From assembly GCA_014190355.1 (NCBI GenBank), contig BJGH01000001.1, positions 177,272 to 241,271 on the forward strand: DNA of 64,000 bases, given 5' to 3'. The notes below the pieces were generated by a model. That model ran no database searches, was not told where the DNA came from, and saw only the letters and a list, made by a program, of their open reading frames with translations. Source of the DNA: Alphaproteobacteria bacterium. GTDB lineage: Bacteria > Pseudomonadota > Alphaproteobacteria > Rickettsiales > UBA1997. Position 1 is the first letter of the stretch. Every line of letters starts with the position of its first letter. Below, piece by piece: positions 58,811 to 64,000 of the stretch. The translations under genes and the position numbers were made by a program.

Positions 58811-59431
58811 ATGTCAAAAACTAATGAAACTAAAAGCATTAAAAGCTCTTTATTTAAAAGATTACCTCACCTTGCAGAATCAAGAACTCATGGTATTGCA
58901 AGACACCTGATAGAGAAAAAAAAATTAACTAGATTAGAAAAAACTACCAATCCAGCAATGACAAAAGTTGGATTTTCAAAAACTGATTCATCAAATATAA
59001 AACCAATGGATATTGAACCAAGCCAAGAAATTGATGAAGGTTCAGCTGGAATTTATCAAGAAATTGATGAAGGTTCAGCTGGAATTTATCAAGGAATTGA
59101 TGAAGGTTCAGCTGGAATTTATCAAGAAATTGATGAAGGTTCAGCTGGAATTTATCAAGGAATTGATGAAGGTTCAGCTGGAATTTATCAAGGAATTGAT
59201 GAAGGTTCAGCTGGAATTTATCAAGGAATTGATGAAGGTTCAGCTGGAATTTATCAAGGAATAAGTGACGATTTTGCAAAAATGAGTTTTCAAAAAGAAA
59301 CGCAATTTACTCAATCTCATTTAGCTCAATCTCATTTAGCTCAATCTCATATTGCACCACAAACTGCAACATCTTCATCTTTAGTCAATAAAGATAAAGT
59401 AAATAATCCTAAAAAAACCATCGGCAGTTAA
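58811..59431 (+). CDS. Hypothetical tandem-repeat protein
   Basis: I prefer the ATG at 58811 (MSKTNETK...). The protein has seven 11-aa units Q(E/G)IDEGSAGIY, then three SHLAQ-type units. No family recognised. Confidence 0.6.
   Translation: MSKTNETKSIKSSLFKRLPHLAESRTHGIARHLIEKKKLTRLEKTTNPAMTKVGFSKTDSSNIKPMDIEPSQEIDEGSAGIYQEIDEGSAGIYQGIDEGSAGIYQEIDEGSAGIYQGIDEGSAGIYQGIDEGSAGIYQGIDEGSAGIYQGISDDFAKMSFQKETQFTQSHLAQSHLAQSHIAPQTATSSSLVNKDKVNNPKKTIGS
59024..59254 (+). repeat. Seven head-to-tail 33-bp repeats inside the CDS
   Basis: The unit is CAAG[A/G]AATTGATGAAGGTTCAGCTGGAATTTAT. The only variable base is position 5, with pattern A,A,G,A,G,G,G. A partial eighth unit follows to about 59265. Confidence 0.95.
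59312..59356 (+). repeat. Three 15-bp tandem repeats inside the CDS
   Basis: CAATCTCATTTAGCT occurs twice, followed by the variant CAATCTCATATTGCA. Confidence 0.85.
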
Positions 59432-59537
59432 CAGCTAATAAAATTTTTAATTAAAATAATTTAAAAAAAATTTAACCAAACAATATTTCCCTAACAAAAT
59501 CTTTAACATTTCAAAACCATAAATTTAGATAGTATTT

Positions 59538-61856
59538 CTAAGCAATACTTACAAAATCTTTTAAAACTATTTTAGTTCCAGCTTTTTCAAATACAATTTC
59601 AAGTTTTTTATCATCAACCTTGATAACTTTACCATAGCCAAATTTTTGATGAAAAACTCGCTGATTAAGCATCGTATCACTATTATCTGAATTAGTTTTT
59701 GAAGCTGAAGAATAGTGATTAGTTTGATTAGCTGGTTTTTTGATAAAAGATGATTGCTGAAAGCTTTTATTAAATTGAAATTGCTGAGTTTTTTTATCCT
59801 CATAGTCAAAATCTTGAGAAAATTCATCGTCAAACTTATCACTTTTATAATTATTATTTTTACCATAAAAATTATTACCAAACGATATTTCTTCGAAATC
59901 TAACTCATCTTCATTTAATTCTTTGATAAATCTTGAAGGCATTGAGAATTGAACATCACCATACATGTAACGACTTTTCGCAAAAGAGATCGTAAGAAAT
60001 CTTTTTGCTCGAGTTATTGCTACATACATCAATCTTCGCTCTTCTTCTAAACCAGTTTTTTCATCAAGTGATTTTGAGCTTGGAAAAATTCCATCTTCTA
60101 GACCAGGTAAAAAAACCATTTCAAATTCTAGCCCTTTTGCTCCATGCACAGTCATAATACTTACAGCTTCTTGAAGATTTTTTTCATCACGAGCTTCAAC
60201 CAAAGAAGCATATTCTAAAAATTCAGTAATATTAGTAAAATCATTTAAAGTATTGATAAACTCTTCAATATTTTCAATTCGTCCTTGCGCTTCAACAGTA
60301 TTTTCACTTTTCCACATCGCTAAATATCCTGTTTGAGTTAACAAGTTTCTGGCAATATTAAGCAAAGATTCAGAGGTAATTTGTTTATTAAATTGATCAA
60401 AAATAGTGATCAAATTAGTTAAAGATTCTTTGCCCTTACCCTTTAATTCATTGTTAGCAATAGCATTTTTTATAACTTGCATAAGGGGAATTTTTTGCTC
60501 TTTAGCTTGGCTAAAAAAATTTGCTAAAGCTGTTTCACCAATGCCACGCTTAGGAACATTGATTATTCGCGATAATGCCAGATCATCATCAGGATTTGCA
60601 ACAACTCGTAAATAAGCAATTGAATCACGGATTTCCATACGCTCATAAAACTTCATTCCGCCAATTACTCGATAGGAAATATTATTTTGCATAAAAGCTT
60701 CTTCAAATGCCCTAGTTTGATGCCCTGCCCTAACCAAAACAGCAATTTCATTGGGCTTAACTTTTTTACTACTTAAGCTATCTTTAATTTTATTGGCTGT
60801 CATCAAAGCTTCTAAGCGATCATCATTATAAGCAAAAACTTTTATTTTTTCTCCTTGCCCAAGCTCAGTCCATAATTTTTTACCATGACGCTGTTTATTA
60901 TTGGAAATTATCTGATGAGCGCTGTTTAGAATTCTTGTTGTTGAACGATAATTTTGTTCAAGACGAATCACTTTGGCATCGCTAAAATCTTTTTCAAAAC
61001 GCAAGATATTGGCAATATTAGCTCCTCGCCAGCTGTAAATCGATTGATCATCATCACCAACACAGCAAATATTTTGATTTATTGCCGATAACTGTAATAA
61101 CCAACGATATTGAGCATCATTTGTATCTTGATATTCATCAATCAAAACATAGCGAAATTTATTTTGATAATATGCCAAAACCTCTGGATCATTATTAAAA
61201 ATCTGCAAGTTTAAAGCAATTAGATCACCGAAATCTGCTGAATTCATTGAACGCAAACGAAATTGATAGGTTTCAAAAACTTCTTTAAGTTTTGGTAACG
61301 CTAAGTCATCAGCATTAGCAGGAGTTTTTAGCGAATCTTTTAAGCGAGAAATTTTGTTGAGATATGCTCTTGGAGCAAATTGCTTAATATCGATATTAAA
61401 ATCGTTAAGTATCTGCTTTAGTAACCTAGTTTGATCATCATCGTCAATTATCGTAAAATCTGATCGTAATCCAACTACTTCAGGATGTCGACGTAAAATT
61501 TTAGCGCAAATCGCATGAAAAGTTCCAACCCAGATATTATTGACTTGATCGCCAACGATCTCGCCAATTCTTTTTTTCATTTCTTGAGCTGCTTTATTGG
61601 TGAATGTTACTGCAAGAATTTGCGAAGGATAAGCCAATGAGTTTGCTAAAATATTAATGATTCGCGAAGTTAAAACTTTGGTTTTACCAGTTCCTGCTCC
61701 AGCCAGAACGAGAAGTGGACCTTCGGTGCTTTTAACAGCTTGTAATTGTTGGTCATTAAGTGATTTTAATAAGTTTGATATTTTATCTGAATTAATGCGA
61801 AGATCATCTTGTGAATCCTGTGTTTGATTGGTTAAATCGTAATTTGAAGCAAACAT
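59538..61856 (-). CDS. uvrD: ATP-dependent DNA helicase UvrD/PcrA family
   Basis: 772 aa. Motifs AGAGTGKT, IDEYQDTN, VGDDDQSIYSWRGA, TVHGAKGLEF and YVAITRA are present, with the C-terminal VFHQKFGYGKV. Confidence 0.9.
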   Translation of the reverse strand: MFASNYDLTNQTQDSQDDLRINSDKISNLLKSLNDQQLQAVKSTEGPLLVLAGAGTGKTKVLTSRIINILANSLAYPSQILAVTFTNKAAQEMKKRIGEIVGDQVNNIWVGTFHAICAKILRRHPEVVGLRSDFTIIDDDDQTRLLKQILNDFNIDIKQFAPRAYLNKISRLKDSLKTPANADDLALPKLKEVFETYQFRLRSMNSADFGDLIALNLQIFNNDPEVLAYYQNKFRYVLIDEYQDTNDAQYRWLLQLSAINQNICCVGDDDQSIYSWRGANIANILRFEKDFSDAKVIRLEQNYRSTTRILNSAHQIISNNKQRHGKKLWTELGQGEKIKVFAYNDDRLEALMTANKIKDSLSSKKVKPNEIAVLVRAGHQTRAFEEAFMQNNISYRVIGGMKFYERMEIRDSIAYLRVVANPDDDLALSRIINVPKRGIGETALANFFSQAKEQKIPLMQVIKNAIANNELKGKGKESLTNLITIFDQFNKQITSESLLNIARNLLTQTGYLAMWKSENTVEAQGRIENIEEFINTLNDFTNITEFLEYASLVEARDEKNLQEAVSIMTVHGAKGLEFEMVFLPGLEDGIFPSSKSLDEKTGLEEERRLMYVAITRAKRFLTISFAKSRYMYGDVQFSMPSRFIKELNEDELDFEEISFGNNFYGKNNNYKSDKFDDEFSQDFDYEDKKTQQFQFNKSFQQSSFIKKPANQTNHYSSASKTNSDNSDTMLNQRVFHQKFGYGKVIKVDDKKLEIVFEKAGTKIVLKDFVSIA

Positions 61857-62000
61857 TATAAAAAATTATTTATTGAAAAATTATACCATTTCAACGAAAA
61901 AAAATCATCTAAAAAATCATCATTTAGAAGAAATGATATTTAGTTATTTTGCTAACAAAAAAAAATCTCTCAACAAAAATATTATTTAATTTTACAAATC

Positions 62001-62939
62001 TTAAGAATTTTTGCGAATTTTTTTAGGTAGGGCAAAAAACACACTTTCATCAATTCCTTCAATATCAACAACTTTAACAGTTTCGCCAAAAATTTTTTTA
62101 ATTTTATCAATTACTTCTTGCACTAAAATTTCTGGAGCAGATGCACCTGCGGTTAGACCAATATTTTCAATGTTATTAAACCATTTTTCATCAATATCAT
62201 CAGCATTATTAATCAGATAAGATGGTAAATTATATTCTTCACCTAAATCACGCAATCGATTAGAATTTGAGGAATTCTGTGCTCCGATCACTAAAAGAAT
62301 ATCGGCTTTTTTTGCCAATTGTCTGACTGCATCTTGACGATTTTGCGTAGCATAACAAATATCTTTAGTTGCTAAGCCTTTTTGTAAATTTGGAAATCTT
62401 TCTTCAAGAATATCAATAATTTTTTTAGTATCATCAACACTTAGAGTAGTCTGAGTCACAAAAGCGATTTTATCGGAATTTTTGATGCAAATATTTCTGG
62501 CATCATCTTCATTAGTAACCAAAATTACATCTTTTTTTACTCTTCCACTAGTTCCCTCAACTTCAGGATGTCCACGATGACCAATTAAAATTATTTCATA
62601 ACCCTCTTCTTCATGCTTTTTAGCTTCACGATGAACCTTACTTACTAAAGGACAGGTTGCATCAATAACATCTAAACCTCTTTTCAAAGCATCTTCCTCA
62701 ACTTGATCTGATACGCCATGAGCTGAAAAAATTGTAATTGCTCCACGAGGAATTTTATCAACCTCATTAACAAAGATTGCACCCTTTTTTTTCAATGACT
62801 CAACCACAAATTTATTATGAACAATTTCGTGACGAACATAAACAGGTGAACCAAATTTTTCAATGGCTTTTTCAACGGTTTCAATAGCCCTTCTTACCCC
62901 CGCACAAAATCCTCGTGGTTTAGCCAAAATAATTTGCAT
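62001..62939 (-). CDS. ispH: 4-hydroxy-3-methylbut-2-enyl diphosphate reductase
   Basis: 312 aa. Motifs RGFCAGV, HEIVHN, ATCPLV.KVH and TQTT are present. Confidence 0.95.
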   Translation of the reverse strand: MQIILAKPRGFCAGVRRAIETVEKAIEKFGSPVYVRHEIVHNKFVVESLKKKGAIFVNEVDKIPRGAITIFSAHGVSDQVEEDALKRGLDVIDATCPLVSKVHREAKKHEEEGYEIILIGHRGHPEVEGTSGRVKKDVILVTNEDDARNICIKNSDKIAFVTQTTLSVDDTKKIIDILEERFPNLQKGLATKDICYATQNRQDAVRQLAKKADILLVIGAQNSSNSNRLRDLGEEYNLPSYLINNADDIDEKWFNNIENIGLTAGASAPEILVQEVIDKIKKIFGETVKVVDIEGIDESVFFALPKKIRKNS

Positions 62940-63116
62940 ATCTTAATTTCGATAATTTTTTTGAAATAAATTTTTAGTTATTTTAAAATATTTGCCTAAG
63001 CAATCAAGCCCTATTTTAACTGCTTAAAAAAACCATTGTAATCAATATTAAAAAAATATATTTTTTTAAAAATTACTCTTTACTATTAACCTTAAAAAAA
63101 CATAACTAAAACAACA

Positions 63117-63818
63117 ATGTTAAATTATTTTTTAAAACTTAAAAATTTTGACAGAAACTTTCGAATATTTGCTCCACTTTCATTGGCCCTAATGTTTATT
63201 TTCTTGGGTTTTGGAGCTATTGCAGTTGTTAACTCACCAATAGATTATCAGCAAGGCAATGCTGTAAAAATTATGTATCTACACGTTCCTTGTGCATGGC
63301 TAGCTTTAATGATTTATTGTTTATTAGCATTATTTAATTTAGCAGGATTTATCTGGAAAAATCCCTTTTTTTACATAATTGCCAAGGCTATTGCCAAAAT
63401 TGGCTGTTTGTTTACTTTGATTACCTTACTAACTGGGAGTATATGGGGTAAACCAATCTGGGGAACATGGTGGGTTTTTGATCCTCGACTGACCTCCATG
63501 TTAATTTTATTTTTTTTATATGTTGGTTATTTAGTTTTACTCGTTAGTTTTGAAGATCAAAGCAAGGGTGAAAAAATTAGTGCAGTTATTTCAATTATTG
63601 GCTTTATTAATATTCCAATAATTAAATTTTCTGTTGAATATTGGAATTCTTTGCATCAAAAGGCTAGTATCATCAGAACCAAAGGAATTGCTATTGATCC
63701 AACCATGCTAAAACCATTAATGATAATGAGTGCAATGTTTTTTTGTTACTTTATTTTTTTATCATTGATTTTAGTTAAAAATAGTTTAATGTTAAAAAAA
63801 TTAAATAAAAAATATTAA
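63117..63818 (+). CDS. ccmC: Haem exporter protein CcmC
   Basis: 233 aa and polytopic. It has the Trp-rich motif [18 protein letters not shown] and the conserved His in YLHVP. Confidence 0.9.
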   Translation: MLNYFLKLKNFDRNFRIFAPLSLALMFIFLGFGAIAVVNSPIDYQQGNAVKIMYLHVPCAWLALMIYCLLALFNLAGFIWKNPFFYIIAKAIAKIGCLFTLITLLTGSIWGKPIWGTWWVFDPRLTSMLILFFLYVGYLVLLVSFEDQSKGEKISAVISIIGFINIPIIKFSVEYWNSLHQKASIIRTKGIAIDPTMLKPLMIMSAMFFCYFIFLSLILVKNSLMLKKLNKKY

Positions 63819-63820
63819 TT

Positions 63821-64000
63821 ATGACATACGTTGTTACTGATAATTGTGTAAAATGCAAATACACTGATTGTGTTAGTGTTTGCCCAGTTGATTGTTTTTT
63901 TGAGGGAGAAAATATGCTAGTCATTGATCCAGAGGCTTGCATTGATTGCGGTGTTTGCGTTCCTGAATGTCCAGCTGAAGCTATTTTCCCAGAAACACCT
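63821..64000 (+). CDS. fdxA: Ferredoxin, bacterial 2x[4Fe-4S]/7Fe type (3' end cut by window edge)
   Basis: [55 protein letters not shown] carries both Cys cluster motifs. The ORF is still open at nt 64000. Confidence 0.85.
   Translation, partial: MTYVVTDNCVKCKYTDCVSVCPVDCFFEGENMLVIDPEACIDCGVCVPECPAEAIFPETP

Noticed and set aside
58944-59279. ORFs in other frames across the 33-bp repeats (58944-59279 minus strand and 59013-59264 plus strand)
   Set aside because: These are artefacts of a stop-free tandem repeat. Only the 58811-59431 frame extends into unique flanking sequence with a proper start and stop.
8571-62220. Short ORFs (60-150 aa) nested in or antisense to well-supported genes: 8571-8801, 10024-10299, 12217-12454, 12844-13029, 13275-13592, 14177-14374, 16049-16261, 16851-17123, 20904-21266, 21462-21956, 23404-23592, 28485-28667, 29476-29730, 32671-32895, 37801-38022, 40727-41002, 41765-42127, 44256-44555, 46355-46975, 47953-48150, 49205-49390, 50762-52291, 52837-53049, 53483-53677, 55006-55197, 56411-56617, 59567-59881, 60406-60615, 62011-62220
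   Set aside because: Each is fully contained within a longer ORF that has strong family motifs. Their translations are low-complexity and motif-free. AT-rich genomes with few stops in some frames generate such shadows.

Overview
Very AT-rich, gene-dense chromosomal segment. TGA is used as a stop, so it is genetic code 11. Gene content and local synteny point to a reduced-genome alphaproteobacterium, probably an obligate intracellular Rickettsiales- or Holosporales-like organism; this placement is inference from gene content only. The supporting genes are alphaproteobacterial-type addA, a coiled-coil gene plus zapA plus 5-formyl-THF cyclo-ligase, mraZ-rsmH-ftsL, ccoNOQP (cbb3 oxidase), ccmC, and an iscR/nifS-like/iscS/iscU/iscA/hscB/hscA operon. 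About 50 genes are ordinary housekeeping: pheT, queC, tolQ, ftsK, leuB, cyaY, pdxH, trpBA, argJ, hup, icd, rmuC, secA, murA, pepA, acpP, sppA, rpsA, uvrD, ispH, fdxA. I found three tRNAs (Val-GAC, Val-UAC, Asp-GUC). I saw no rRNA, transposase, integrase or CRISPR array. The non-core material is concentrated between about 25.4 and 31.7 kb. That block holds a tandem 96-bp hairpin element, then a tRNA pair. The last 15 nt of tRNA-Asp plus 6 nt of downstream flank (21 bp in all) is duplicated 1.65 kb downstream and brackets a membrane pentapeptide-repeat gene. Beyond it lie a translationally coupled RhuM-family gene plus an unknown 227-aa gene, a truncated Mrr-like restriction endonuclease, and a 438-aa orphan ending in a polybasic CaaX-like box (RRRGKG-CEIQ). 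This decayed tRNA-linked island is my best candidate for something undescribed, but I cannot show that it is a functional system. Other effector-like or orphan genes are scattered through the window. They include an ankyrin protein with an S/P/T tail, a 692-aa tail-anchored protein sitting where ftsI is expected, and a HAD-like gene split at a C6 tract. There is also a protein built on seven near-identical 33-bp repeats, a divergent Cox11-like protein, and a Cys-rich secreted Q/N-rich protein. Two regulatory signals are readable directly: a near-consensus IscR type-1 box overlapping the isc promoter, and 10-bp-phased TGGAAT repeats directly upstream of mraZ. All functional calls come from motif recognition by eye; no database search was run.
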